Positions 39,691-52,777 of a stretch of DNA of 64,000 bases are shown piece by piece. The notes beneath the pieces are model-generated. The model was given only the letters and a program-made list of their open reading frames with translations. It did not search any database and was not told where the DNA came from. This stretch comes from the human T2T-CHM13v2.0 reference genome, Homo sapiens: NCBI RefSeq assembly GCF_009914755.1, contig NC_060925.1. One strand, written 5' to 3'. How positions within the stretch are numbered: the first letter of the stretch is position 1; each line of letters begins with the position of its first letter. The position numbers were made by a program, and so were the translations under genes.

Positions 39691-41815
39691 CTGGAAGTCA
39701 CCCAGGTGATGGTGGTTCCCCACGTAGCGGGTGAGGAGATGAAGAAGAATAAAGTAAAAGGGAAGAAACTTGATCATCCTAATGAATGCACAGCTCCATC
39801 CAAACTGTGCCTAGTAAGCAGGCCTCAGAAAGTGTTCTTTACAAGGTGGTCAGGCATTTCCTCCTACCTTCCTACACATCCACACACACAGACATATGGC
39901 ATCGCATTTGGAAATGTGTGCTTGTCCATTTGATCAACGAGGAGCCCAGAAGTGCTTGACTGGGAATATTCAGGATCCCATGATCCGAGGGCTACACTGG
40001 GCAGCACTGCCTCCAAGTCTTCCTGGGGAAAGACTTAACATCACCTTGCTCTCAGCACTTGACATGTGAAGGCAAACCCACCTTCTGGAGGAAGGGAGAT
40101 CTCTGGGTAAAAAGCATGTCCCCAGGACAGTAGAGGAGAAAGTCCCTGAAGAGACTAGCTACCAAAAAGGTCTCTCCGTGACACTATTAAGACAACTGCT
40201 CTTGCCATCTGATTGACACCTATTCTCCCTCTGAGAGGGCCCCAGCTGCAGAGCACAGCCTGCGGCACCCCTGAGAACTAATCTGCTGTCCATCACCCCA
40301 GGGGCCTCACAGGATGGCTTCAGTGTTGCAGCCCACTGATGAGACACACTTTCTTCAAGAGAAAGTCATTTAATAATGCATGAGGAATCACAATTGGCAA
40401 TTAAGAAGCAGTCCTGCCACACCACGTATGGATATTGAAAAAGACTCCTTCATTTCAAAGATGGCTTTTTTTAAATCTCTCAGAATAGTAAGTACACAAG
40501 CCAAGGCACGGAGAGATTAAAAGGATCATCCAAGGATATGCAGCAAGTCTATGACAGAGTCCAGTGGCAGAGCAAAATTGCAGAAGGCACGCCTGACAGG
40601 TGTCTCCACTCTAGGGCCTCAACAATTTCAATAATGATGTGCCCGGGAGGAAAAAAGAAGTGGAAGGGCATGGGATTTTTCCTTACATCCTTTAAAGAAG
40701 AGTCTAACTTGGAAAATAACAAGGCATTCACAGGTGACCAAGAGCCATTGATTATCACTTTTCTTTACAGTAGGATTACTTATTCAATTCCACCTTCTCA
40801 GAATCCCCACTTCCACTTTTTTTTTGGGGGGGGGGGTTGTTTGTTTTGTTTTGTTTTGTTTTTTTGTTGCTGTGTTTTGTTTGTTTGTTTGTTTTAGGGC
40901 TCAAGTTTATGGATTTTAAAGCCGGATATCTGTGGATCCCATAGGAGATGGAAAAAAAAATCTGTAATCGCCTATACTTCCATCACTACCAAAGGGCAGG
41001 AACTATCCATGTCTTCCTGACAGCTAGTTGGCAGCATGGATGGGACTGTGATTTGGTGCATCCAGATACCTTGTGCACCCCCTACAGTTCTGAGCTCCCA
41101 AAATGATCCATGCAAATTTCCTCCACATTTTCTAAGAGCTTGCTAATGGTGAGCATATTTTAATTTCTCCCAAATGCAACATTACTGCAATCCATACATT
41201 TTTTGTTTACTCCTTAACAGTACTGGAGGAAGAGAATGGGCCATAAAAATAATACTCCCATTTATATAATGCTACACAGTTTACAAAGTGCTTCCCTACA
41301 CACTCTGTGTTCCAAGGCTTGCAGTGACCCAGTAAGGTTGGAAGGTTGAACCCCATCTGGAGGACTAGGAAACTGAAGCTCAGAAGAGGGAAATGCCCTT
41401 CCCAGAGTCTAAATCAAGCAACAAGGGCAGGATGTGGACCCCTTTCCTTCCTCTCTGTTCAGCACTCTGGTCACAGCTGCCTGAACCGGGAGCTTTGGGT
41501 TGGATGGGTGATGAAAGAAGAGAGAACTTGTCAAGACCCAGCACTGCATCCAGGTGGGGTTTTATTCTAATGCTGCTTCCCTAGCACCGAGCACAGCCCT
41601 GCAGTGAGCTCTGTCATGAGAAGAAAGTGACTGGCCCTGCCCCATGCGCTTACAGTCTAAGTCAATCAACAGATCAACAGCAAACCAGGCAGGGAACATG
41701 GGGAGCAGGAGGTGAAAAGTAGAGAGAGCAGGATTTGCTTTTCTTCATTTCTCCTTAGAGATGTGGGGCTGTCTTCCTGAGTTTCTTCATCAGGTGCTGC
41801 CTCAGCTGATTCAAC

Positions 41816-41826
41816 CTAGGAGGAGC
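41816..41826 (-). CDS. CAPN8: Candidate alternative exon '9a' coding part, (G)SS-stop, giving a truncated nCL-2'-type isoform
   Basis: tcactaat branch-like element, then gtgtccctgtgtag|GCTCCTCCTAG; in phase with exon 9; AATAAA downstream at 41561-41566 (minus). Confidence 0.65.
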
Positions 41827-42433
41827 CTACACAGGGACACATTAGTGATCTTCTGCGAGCCAGGAAAGCTTCCCACCTTGCACCAGGTGAGGACCCAGGG
41901 TTAGTGCGGAGGCCATGCTTTGCACCATACTATCTCCACCAGGGTCTGAGTCCCCATGACACGCATGCCCTGTGTGTGGCCATCACGGCCCACGCTGTCT
42001 TTGCCCCTCCACCTCCAACTCAGGCACAAACACACAGTGAAACAGCAGCTCTAATGGATGCAGCCTATTGAAACAGCAGATGTTGTACCCGTGTTCCCCT
42101 AGCGCACCATCAGCCACTCTGTCCCAGAGGTCAGCAGGGTGACTGCTAGCCAGCTGGGTGTGGGGAGGGGAGTGGGGAGGAAGGGGCAAAAGCCCAAGGG
42201 AAGAACAGGAGGCCTTAGCATAAGGTGCCAAGAGCAGGGCTAGTGTGGAAAGCACGTCCTTTGCGGGCAGGGCAGGTGGGTGAAGCAGGGATGGTTTGAA
42301 CACATGGTTCAGGCTGCAGCTGAGCGGCTGCAGAGCCACTGCCCACCCTCACAACCCTGGCCTCCAAGCCCTAGGGAGAAGCAGGGCCTCCAGAGGGTGC
42401 CCAGAAGTCAAAGAACAAAGTCCAAAGGCCTTA

Positions 42434-42767
<334 letters not shown>

Positions 42768-42837
42768 TTACATAAAATGACCCAGCTCAGGGAGGATAAG
42801 CTGGAGGAGGTTGGGCCAAGGCAGCCCTTCACCTTAC

Positions 42838-42998
42838 CTGGGTAGTTCTGGCAGCCCCCAGCTGTGGAGCCCCGGGTCCAGTGGCCGTTGAACAGGACCA
42901 GGTTCCATTTGTGCACCTCCTCGCTACTCAGAGAGTCCGGGGACAGGTTGCAGATCTCCAACCGAGAGAACTGCCTCACGAAATCTGAAAGTGACATC
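42838..42998 (-). CDS. CAPN8: CAPN8 exon 9: [23 protein letters not shown]...[11 protein letters not shown]
   Basis: ccccag|GATGTC...CCCAG|gtaagg, 161 nt. Confidence 0.96.
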
Positions 42999-43736
42999 CT
43001 GGGGCAGAGGCACCAGAGGGCTCTCAGTGAAGAGGGCTGGGTTGTGATTAAAGGCACGCATACTGAGCACGGGAAGGAGCCCTGTGGCACAGGCCCTAGA
43101 GGCCGTGGGCTAGCTTGATCTTTCCTACAGCACACTGATACAAACACGCAGAGACAACAGTCCACATTCTTCACTAGCGCTAGCTTCTTGGCTCTTACAG
43201 GGAGCCCCACACACATATCTTAACAACCAAGCAAAGGATCTGAACTGTAAACTGCAAAAGACCCCAGGAGGTCATCTCAACAAAGCCTCTGCCTCTAGAT
43301 TGGGTTAAGTCTAAGCTCACAAGAGGTTTCTTTTTGTTTAATTCGGAGTGATGTCCAGCTAAGCCGTACCATATTCAAGGAGTATCCTTATTATCTTCCT
43401 TAGCTCACTAGCAAAGGAAGTTCTCCCATATTGATGGTAGGTAAATCTTAGCTTAAAGAGATAGAAGCAGTGCTCTCAGTTCATTGGAAAGATAATAGAA
43501 CTGAGAAAGACAGGCTGATAGCTAAGCCAGGTTGAGGGCCTAGATATCATGGTTTCAGTGCTTTAGACGTGCTGGTATAGAGGTGGAATTATACCAGGAC
43601 AAAAGGAGAAGAATGAATTCACCATGATCAGGAACCATGTCGCCTTCCTGGAAGACCCAGAGACCTAGAGTTCACATCAGAACTGAAAATGGACCCATCA
43701 CCAATGGGACAGCGCTTCAGCAGAAAACTCTCTCAC

Positions 43737-43811
43737 CAGAATTCTCCATCCTCAACTTTCTTGTCCAGTTCTTCCTTCCGCCGGGGGTCTATGTGATTCC
43801 ACTCTGGTGCA
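43737..43811 (-). CDS. CAPN8: CAPN8 exon 8: APEWNHIDPRRKEELDKKVEDGEFW
   Basis: cctcag|TGCACC...TTCTG|gtgaga, 75 nt. Confidence 0.95.
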
Positions 43812-45406
43812 CTGAGGGGAAAACAAGCAGAGATGCTCGCTCCTGAGAGGTTCTACAAGCAGGGCAAGCTGTTTACTGCAGCTAAGCTTCCCCCTAAGAG
43901 CCAGAAACAAAATACCAAAAGCACTGCAGGCAGACAGAAAGGCAGAATGGACAGTGTGGCGCGAGCACACTGTCTGGGGAAGGGACACAGACCCAGGACA
44001 CGGACTCCATGGGCACTAGCACGATGGCCTTGGACATGTGCCAGGAACATTATGACTCAAACATTATGCTCTAATTTTTACTCTCTAGGGCAAATTTGAC
44101 ATTTCTAATTAAGACTCCCAGGCCCCTGTTTGCAGGAATGGGGAGGCCCAGGAGAGAACGTGGATGAGTTCTCGTCACTGGAAAGGCAGGCACTCCAGTA
44201 CCCATTAGTCACTTATCACTCTGGCTTATCCAGCAGTCTAGGGTGAATATGCTGACAGAGTCTAACCAGCTCTGGGGACATGGACATGGTTCACTTCCTT
44301 ACACCCACGAGAATGATCATCCAGCCCAGTTTTACGGCAATTTCCCAGAAGAAACGTCACCCTGTGAGACCTCCTGCTGGTGGCCTTTCAAGGGCAATAT
44401 CTATGCACTTTGTTTGAATGCCATCTCCAGCTTCCTGACCTTTACGAAGTTAGGTTTTCCTGAAATATGTATGTGACATCTAAGTAACAGAGCAGTATCA
44501 AGATCCATCTTTAAAAAAAAAAAAATCCCTGCCTGAATACCTTCAGCAAAACCTAAGCACCTTCTCTCCCCAGCATAAGAGCTGGGGCACACTCCAGCGC
44601 AGCCTCTTCCTCCAAGCCAGGCTTTAAGACCCCGGGGGTCAGCACGACAATTCCCAGAGCCTCTTCAATTCATTGAAACATTAATTTGATTAAAACCAAA
44701 TCTCAGAATGTGCTTGTTATAAACAAAGATTAGGGCAGGAGTTGGAAAATTCCAGATCTGACCTACTGCTCCAATTTCTTTTTTTTACTTTTTTTTTTTT
44801 TTTTAAGTAAAATCTCACTAATCCCTGGGCTGAGCTTAGGGATGTTGCCTTAGAGATTCGGCACCCTCCTCCTCCAATAGCTGATATATATAATTATCCC
44901 AGGTTGCATCTCCAGCTGGTAGGGCCTCCAGGACTTGACAGTCACCACCTCCCGCCTGCCAGGGAGCGGGTGCTCAGGGAAAGGAGAGAAAGTCAAACAA
45001 GCCCTTTGGACAGCTCGGTAGTGACTTTTGGTAAGAATGGCCCACATTCAGGGTTTCAATTTCACGTGGCCCTGTCATCCTTTTAGGGAAGTTGGCGGAA
45101 CTGAGGTTTTGGGTTTTGCTCAATCTTACACAGTAGAATGAAAAATCCTTCCTACAGGAGGCTCATGTGTGGCCCTAGAGACACGTGTTTCTTCGTGACA
45201 CAACCTGAAGGGAGTTACTGCCCCTCTGCGTGGTCATGACATGAGCAGTCATGATGCTGTGATTAAACTTGGCGATGTCCCCTTCGAAAGCCCTGGTGGC
45301 ATCACAGAGTACCGACAGCACTTGAGGATTAAGGACGTATTGGGAGGGGGCATTATTGTGACCATTTTCATTTCTGGTGGTTCTTTGTCCATGAGACTGG
45401 CTAATT

Positions 45407-45650
45407 ATTTTTTTTTTTTAAATGGAGTCTTGCTCTGTTGCCCAAGCTGGAATGCAGTGGCCCAATCTCGGCTCACTGCAACCTCCAACTCCTGGGTTCA
45501 AGCGATTTCCAGCTAATTTTTGTACTTTTAGTAGAGACGGGGTTTCACCATGTTGGTCAGGCTGGTCTCGAACTCCTGAGCTCAAGTGATCCACCCGCCT
45601 AGGCCTCCCAAAGTGTTAGGATTACAGGCCTGAGCCACTGTACCCAGCTG
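45407..45650 (-). mobile_element. Alu with internal deletion
   Basis: Reverse Alu consensus, shortened right arm. Confidence 0.9.
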
Positions 45651-46358
45651 AGACTGGCTAATTCTAATTCCTCCCCCACACTAACCTGCCTCTGCCAGGC
45701 CAGCTGTGCTCACTGGACAGAAACCACCCCATGCTTTCCACCCTCCTGCATGATGGGGACATGGATTCCAGGGCCCAGCTGTCCTGGGACATCACCACCT
45801 CTGACTGACTTTCCCTCATCAGCAGAGAGGCCTGCCCAAGAGGAGTCTCTCCAGTCAGTGATCAAACGTGCCTAGGGTAGGAGCGAGTGCCGCTGCCTCA
45901 TTCATCACTGCTGCCAGGGCCCGGGGCTCCTAGGGTCAAATTTCATTTTCTCAGCATCCTTGTTTCTTCTTGGTGCTGAGGGGTTTGGCCTTTGTCAGTG
46001 TCCAGTGTTTGTGGAGTGGAAAGAAACAGACTGTGAGTGATCGATTTGACCTTTGGACCAGCACGGTGCGTCAGGTAAAAAACACAAAAACCTTTCAGCG
46101 CAAAGCAAAATTCCACAGAGCCGCCAAACTTTCAAATGCCAAAGCAGAAAGCCAGAATCGAAGACTACAGCCCAGTGGTTTTTATTTTGCTTTTCCCAGC
46201 CTGGATCCATTTAATACTCTTTTCTGAACACACTGTGTGATCTGCAGACAGGACGTGCTGCTGAACTCACTGTGACATCGATCTCATTGTTGTGTGTTTT
46301 ACACGACACCCTTCCGCAGAGGGAGAGATGACTGGAGAAGCGGGGGAAAAAAACCTAC

Positions 46359-46444
46359 TCATCGCTCCAGGCTCCCGACCACTCCACTTCACCCCATGGA
46401 TTCCTGAGTCTGATCAGCTTCTCTGGATGGCCCTGGAAATTCAC
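46359..46444 (-). CDS. CAPN8: CAPN8 exon 7 (catalytic Asn286): [28 protein letters not shown]
   Basis: ttgcag|GTGAAT...GATGA|gtaggt, 86 nt. Confidence 0.96.
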
Positions 46445-47257
46445 CTGCAAATTCCATACACAGAAAAGCGACTGAATTACTATGCTCCTGTTGCCTTGCA
46501 GGCATGTCTGCACCTGACAGGATCTGCATTAAATTTTTCAAATGTCCCTAAAGGACCACACTTTTATTTTCCTTTAATGCATCTTTTCAGGCTTGGGCCA
46601 AGTGTTTTCATAATTTGTTTGAATAAATGAGGTATTTTTCATAATTTGTTTGAATAAATGAAGAGTGAGTCTAGCCCAAAAACAAGCTTATGTCTGCTTT
46701 AACTCAGATTTAGATTTTATAGTTGACTAAGATTGACTGAGCTTTTAATACATGAGACCTAATGATAATAAACGCCCTCCAAACAAACACCAAAGCACGG
46801 CAGTTAACATTTATCGAGCAGGTACTACAGATGAGGTGTAGTGCTAAGCATTTTAGGTGCTTTATTGCCTCATTTAACACTCACGACAATCCTGAGAAGA
46901 TAAAGAATTATCTTCATTTCATAGCTCAAAAATCTGAGACTTAAAGAAGTTACATTATCCGAGATTATCTAGTTAGTAAGTGGTGAACGCAGGCCAGGAA
47001 CTCAGGCAGTCCGTCTCCAAAGCCCATACTCCTAAATCCACATATACTGCTTTCCCCTATTTATTGAACACTCAAGCATAAGCCCCTTGGGCCCCTGCAC
47101 ACACACTGGCATTCACATATACACACACCAACTGTGTAGGCTGTTAGGTCCTCATTGTCTTCATTTCCTGTGTATCCCCCAACTCACCTAGCCCAATGTT
47201 TGCATGTACATGTTCAATTCCCATTTATGAGATTAACTTCATTAAAGAGCATATTTG

Positions 47258-47568
47258 GGCCAGGCGCAGTGGCTCACGCCTGTGATCCCAGCACTTTGGG
47301 AGGCCGAGGTGGGCAGATCATGAGGTCAGGAGATCAAGACCATCCTAGCCAACATGGTGAAACCCCATCTCTACTAAAAATACAAAAAAAATAATTAGCT
47401 GGGCGTGGTGGCGCGTGCCTGTAATCCCAGCTACTCGGGAGGCTGAGGCAGGAAAATCACTTGAACCAGGGAGTCAGAGGTTGCAGTGAGCCGAGATCGT
47501 GCCCCTGCACTCCAGCCTGGTGATAGAGCAAGACTCCACCTGAAAAAAAAAAAAAAGAAAAAAGAAAA
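47258..47568 (+). mobile_element. Alu
   Basis: Alu consensus; TSD agcatattt. Confidence 0.93.
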
Positions 47569-47621
47569 GCATATTTATGAAACACAAACACATGTAAAGA
47601 ACATCTGTTTCATTTAACTCT

Positions 47622-47786
47622 ATTTATTTATTTATTTTTGAGACAGGGCCTCTCTCTGCCACCTAGGCAGGAGTGAAGTGGTGCAATCACTGCAGGCTCT
47701 CAAGCGCCTGCCCGGGCTCAAGCGATCCTCCCACCTCAGCCTCCCGAGTAGCTGGAACTACAGGCACACCCTACTATGCCTGGCCT
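47622..47786 (-). mobile_element. Alu monomer (FRAM-like)
   Basis: Reverse right-arm consensus. Confidence 0.8.
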
Positions 47787-47953
47787 ATTTCAGTTAAATA
47801 AATAACAAGAGGTGGGACATTCATTGCATTTCCCTTTCTGCCTTGGCCATTGGGAAGCCCAAAGCAAAATTAATTTCTCAATTATAGCACTGTCTTCAGC
47901 GTGGATTGATGTATTTTACTTAGTTGTGTGGTTTTATCATGTCTGTTCTTTTA

Positions 47954-48290
<337 letters not shown>

Positions 48291-48356
48291 TCATTGTAAG
48301 CCACCTTAAATCCCTTTTGAAAGAAGACACAATGTAGGAAATAAAAATAATGAATA

Positions 48357-48665
48357 GGCCGGGTGCGGTGGCTCACACCTGTAATCCCAGCACTTTGGGA
48401 GGTCGAGGCGGGCAGATCATGAGGTCAGGAAATCGAGACCATCCTGGCTGACACAGTGAAACCCCGTCTCTACTAAAAATACAAAAATTAGCTGGGCGTG
48501 GTGGCGGGCGCCTGTAGTCCCAGCTACTCAGGAGGCTGAGGCAGGAGAATGGCGTGAACCCGAGAGGCGGAGCTTGCAGTGAGCCGAGATTGCATCACTG
48601 CACTCCAGCCTGGGCGACAGAGCGAGACTCCGTCTCAAAAAATAAAAAATAAAAATAAAAAAAAA
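48357..48665 (+). mobile_element. AluY-like
   Basis: AluY diagnostics: atcgagaccatcctggct, ggcgtgaaccc, gagcttgcag; CpGs retained. Confidence 0.92.
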
Positions 48666-48980
48666 TAATGACTAGTATAGCCCATGTTTTTTCCTCGGGT
48701 TGGAGAGTGAGGAATACTTACATGCCTTTCCATGACTCTACCCCACCCTAAAAGCTGGGACTACTGCCCCTTTTCCTGTTTTGGGATTTTGTGAGTTCCC
48801 ACTGTTTTGCCCACACAAACATATTTTTTGGAAGATCTGTAGAATCTAACTGACAATCTCTACAGCTTTCCTGGCTGCATCTAAGGAGAGGGCTTGCATT
48901 TAGTTAGAACCTATTGAGCAAAAGCTCAGAGAGGTTACGTTGTCCATCTTCAAGTGAGTAAGAGTCAGAAGAACCTTCTT

Positions 48981-49140
48981 TTATTTTTTTTGTTTTAGAA
49001 AAAAAATTTTTAATTTTTTCGTAGCGATGAGGTCTTACTATGTTGCCCAGGAATGGTCTTGAACTCCTGGCCTCAAGTAATCTTCCCACTTCAGCCTCCC
49101 AAAGTGCTGGGATTACAGGTGTGAGCCACCACACCTGGCC
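48981..49140 (-). mobile_element. Alu left-arm monomer (FLAM-like)
   Basis: Reverse left-arm consensus. Confidence 0.85.
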
Positions 49141-49348
49141 GGAAGAGCTGTTCTAATGAGCAAAAGCTAATGCTCATCTGTGGTGTCAGGGGTTCTGTAC
49201 AGGCAGAGTGCATCCCAATATGGCAGTGAAGCTCAAAAGCCAATTCCGAACCTTCTAGTAGTAATCACCTCTTTCCTCCTGTCGAGATGGCTTGGATTCA
49301 TGGAAATATTATCACACGTTACCTTCCCCACCTTCCACACAATTTTAC

Positions 49349-49432
49349 CTCTTCGACTCCAGTGACAGAGTACGCATGACTCTTAACCAGCTTCTGGCTG
49401 GTGATGGCTTCGGCTTCGGCTGCACTGGAGAC
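49349..49432 (-). CDS. CAPN8: CAPN8 exon 6 (catalytic His262): VSSAAEAEAITSQKLVKSHAYSVTGVEE
   Basis: acgcag|GTCTCC...GAAGAG|gtaaaa, 84 nt. Confidence 0.96.
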
Positions 49433-50532
49433 CTGCGTAGAGAAGAAAGTCCACTCAGTGGCTGACCCTGACCTCTCAGGGGCCGGCCGTAGAATGCTTT
49501 CCAAGGACACACTACACAGCCACTGGGGGCTTCAGTGTGGGACTAGGGGTGTAGGCATGGCTATGAACCTCAGGTAAAGAGTCATCTCCATCCAGACTCC
49601 CTCTTTAATTAGGCCTGTAGTTCCGGGCCAGTGCAGGTGCCTGCCAAGCCTGGAAGACAATTTACCAGCCTTCAAAATGCCACCAAGAAACTGGGAAGTC
49701 ATTTATTCTCTGAGAGTGACCCCCAGCTGCCTGAAGAAGGCTAATTCTCCATGCTGATGGCTCTGGACAGGTCCCAGTCCTCCAAGGTTCTCCCTGAGTG
49801 GACTCCTCATTACCCTTCCCATTTCCTCAGCACCCCCTCTCCCATGCCCCATACCACCCCTCCACCAAAAACCACATCTCCTGCTGGGGTTTGCAGAGAG
49901 AGGAAAAAGGGAGGATCTTCTCACTTTGTCGTTCACATTTCTAAAATCACCAGGTAAGGACAAGAGAGGAAGACAGGGCAGCCAGAGGGCAGCTGGTCAC
50001 AGGAGCCCGAGGTGGTGACAGGACCTCAGGGCTGGGGGCCTCCAGCCTCTGTTTCCACAGCCACCTTGGAAATCCACACAGCTCAGCCTCCTGTCCAGCC
50101 ACAGCCTCTGGTTTCAGAACTTGTCTTTTCTTCAGGGATCTCAAGATCCATCAGGTATCATCAATCATCACATTTGTTTTCCAAAACCTCAAGATTATTT
50201 AGCAAAAAGGAGGTAGCAAATGGGGGGCCTAGGATCCAGGGATTCTAGACTATGTTCTTAGGGCCACTCCAGCAGTACTGAAGGGGCTCTAACAACGAGA
50301 GGGAAATTGGGGCTCCTGCAATGCAACTAACCCCAGTTCCTACCCACTAATTAGGTCTTCACCAGCCCCTATATGTTCAGGCCTTTGTGTCACTAGACTT
50401 GCCCACTAAGCTCCAGACTCTGCTCTGACCCAAAGCCTTCCTAGGCCTCTCTCCCGCTGTCTCATCCCTTCCCTACCACACAAGGGGTGGCGGTGGGGGG
50501 AGGTGGGGCAGTAGAGAAGCCATATGCCTCAC

Positions 50533-50701
50533 ATCAATGGAGCAGCCCAGCAGAGACCCCGCACAGAGGGCCTTCCGGATGATCTGATATAGATTGGCTG
50601 GTGGTTTCTTCAGGTCATAAAACTCAGAGATGCCACCTGTGAAATCCTCAAACCCCTCCACTGTGGAACCTCCAGCGAGAGCCTCATAACAACCATTAAG
50701 C
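50533..50701 (-). CDS. CAPN8: CAPN8 exon 5: [23 protein letters not shown]...SLLGCSID
   Basis: caatag|GCTT...ATTGAT|gtgagg, 169 nt. Confidence 0.96.
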
Positions 50702-51552
50702 CTATTGGAAAAGAAAGAACACATGCTCCATTAGCACCCTCAGCAAGGAGACCCGGGGATTGGGGACCGGGACAGTGCTAGGACATACTGTGGCCTGGAA
50801 GATAAAGGAAGGCTCTTTGCCTATTTTGCCTATGGGCCAGGAAGGTGCTTAGGCCACTGTTTCATGTGCCCAGCTCAGCACTTCACTAGGAACTGACCTC
50901 AGCCAACCTCTCTCCAGCCACCCCCTCCTTTACAAAGCCAAGGGCAACCCCTCCAGAGTTGGCCCCAGCTGCCTGGGTTTCTGGGGGCTGGGGGCACAGA
51001 TGGGGAGAAGGAGAACTTTCCCTCAAGGCTGAGAGGCATCTGCTGAGGCTTGCTGGGAAATAGAACTGGAAAGGAACTGGGGTTGCAGAAAAGGGTATCA
51101 GTAAACAAAACTAATTAAAAGAACCCCAAAGAAGGTTTTGAACATCAAACGCTGGTGAGAAGAACTCCTGAGGAAAGAGCAGACACTTTGTTGAGTTTGG
51201 TATCTAGTACATTTGTTTTATTATTCTTCATCATTCTTTTAAACGTTTACATTGCCCCAGGAACCTACCTTGGGATTTGAAAGAGGAAAAGCTCAGGCCC
51301 AGAGGGGCAGGGAGGCTGGCCCCACCACATACACATTCACCCGAGGCAGAGCTGAGATGCTAAACTCCCCGCCCAGATTTCTGTTTCTCTTAGTTACTGA
51401 AAAATGCTCTCTCTCCGGCTCATGGGGGTCTGGATGCTGGGAAAGACGCCATGACGCCCTGAGTTTGGGGTGGGGAGGCAGACGTGGGAGGGACAGGTGA
51501 GAGCTTTCAGGGAGGCTCTGGCGTCTCCCAGCTCCTGGCTTCCCCCACTTAC

Positions 51553-51686
51553 TTGGCATAGGCTTTCTCCAGCAGGGCACTCCAGAATTCATTGCCTTGT
51601 TCCGAGTGTAGGAAGAGCAGCTGTCCATTCTTGGTGGGCAGCCTGTCGTCAATGACCACCTCCACCCACTCTCCGTACTGCCAGAA
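51553..51686 (-). CDS. CAPN8: CAPN8 exon 4: [45 protein letters not shown]
   Basis: ccccag|TTCTGG...GCCAA|gtaagt, 134 nt. Confidence 0.96.
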
Positions 51687-51905
51687 CTGGGGAGGGGGGA
51701 CACAGCGGCTGCTCACATGAATAAGCAGATGTGTAAAGGGAGTCCCTCCAGGGGACCTCACGTGGGGACTCTGTGCCATCAGTGTTCGAGTCTTGGCTCC
51801 TTAGGAGCAGGACATGTGTCTGCCTTATCTGTGCACATAGGAGATGCCAGATGAACCCGGGAACATCTAGTCCAGGGTCTGCGTTTGTGCATCAGAGAAC
51901 TTGCC

Positions 51906-51924
51906 CAGCGCCACCTAGTGGCAG
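51906..51924 (-). promoter_or_regulatory. CTCF motif (reverse), intron 3
   Basis: Minus strand ctgCCACTAGGTGGCGCtg fits CCASYAGRKGGCRS. Confidence 0.65.
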
Positions 51925-52044
51925 CAGGAAGTGATTCAGACCCACACCTCCTGACCCTCAGTCCACAGGGCTTTCCTGAAGGCCACGTGGCCTAGGGGAG
52001 CTGGGAAGAGGATGGATGTGTGGATATCTGGATGGATGCATTAA

Positions 52045-52170
52045 AGCAGAGGTTCTCAGACTGAAGTGTGCATCAGAGTCACCTAGAGGGATTATTAAGA
52101 CATAGGTCACTGTGCCCCAAACCCAGAATTTCTGACGCAGTGGACCTGCAGTGAGCCCTAAGAATACGGA
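52045..52170. mobile_element. MER5A-like fragment
   Basis: gcagaggttctca...gcatcagagtcacct..agggattattaagaca. Confidence 0.6.
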
Positions 52171-52205
52171 AAACAGCAACAAAGGGCCAGAGCAGAGCAC
52201 AGTAC

Positions 52206-52324
52206 CTGAAAGTGAAAGATTCCCGCATAGTTCTCCTGGAAGTCCTGGTCCCTGGGGACCACCCGGTAAAGCAGCTCTTCATTCAGGGTCAGGGAGGCAA
52301 TGGCAGCCAGAAGCCAGCAGTCAC
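52206..52324 (-). CDS. CAPN8: CAPN8 exon 3 (catalytic Cys105): [40 protein letters not shown]
   Basis: gtgcag|GTGAC...TTTCAG|gtact, 119 nt. Confidence 0.96.
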
Positions 52325-52738
52325 CTGCACAGTGTCACAGGGGACACAGATTGGTCAGGCCCAGCCTGCAGGGGCCCTGCTTTCTCTGACCCTGTCCCAT
52401 TCAACCCAGAGTCCACGTTGCCACATTCCCTTCTGAGTCAGGTAGAGTTTCCTCCTCCGGTGCTGGAAATGCACCCGCAGCCATCAGCTTCTTCTGCCTC
52501 CTTGGGATTTGTTTACTCGGGAGTGGATCCTCTGCTCCTCCCTGTGGCTGCCCCCTCCCCCACATGCTGATCATTTCCCCACTCCTACACATTCAGCCAG
52601 TGGAGTGGAAAAGAAAAGAAGAGGAGAGGAGAGAAAAGAAAAGAAAATTAGTCCCTTTGGTCCCTTATTAGCAGCTCTGATTAAGTTGGTTGAGGGAAAC
52701 ATTGAAGCTGTTAATCCAATCTATGATGTGTACGTGTA

Positions 52739-52742
<4 letters not shown>

Positions 52743-52774
<32 letters not shown>
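52743..52774. repeat. (TG)n microsatellite
   Basis: Perfect TG run. Confidence 0.9.
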
Positions 52775-52777
<3 letters not shown>

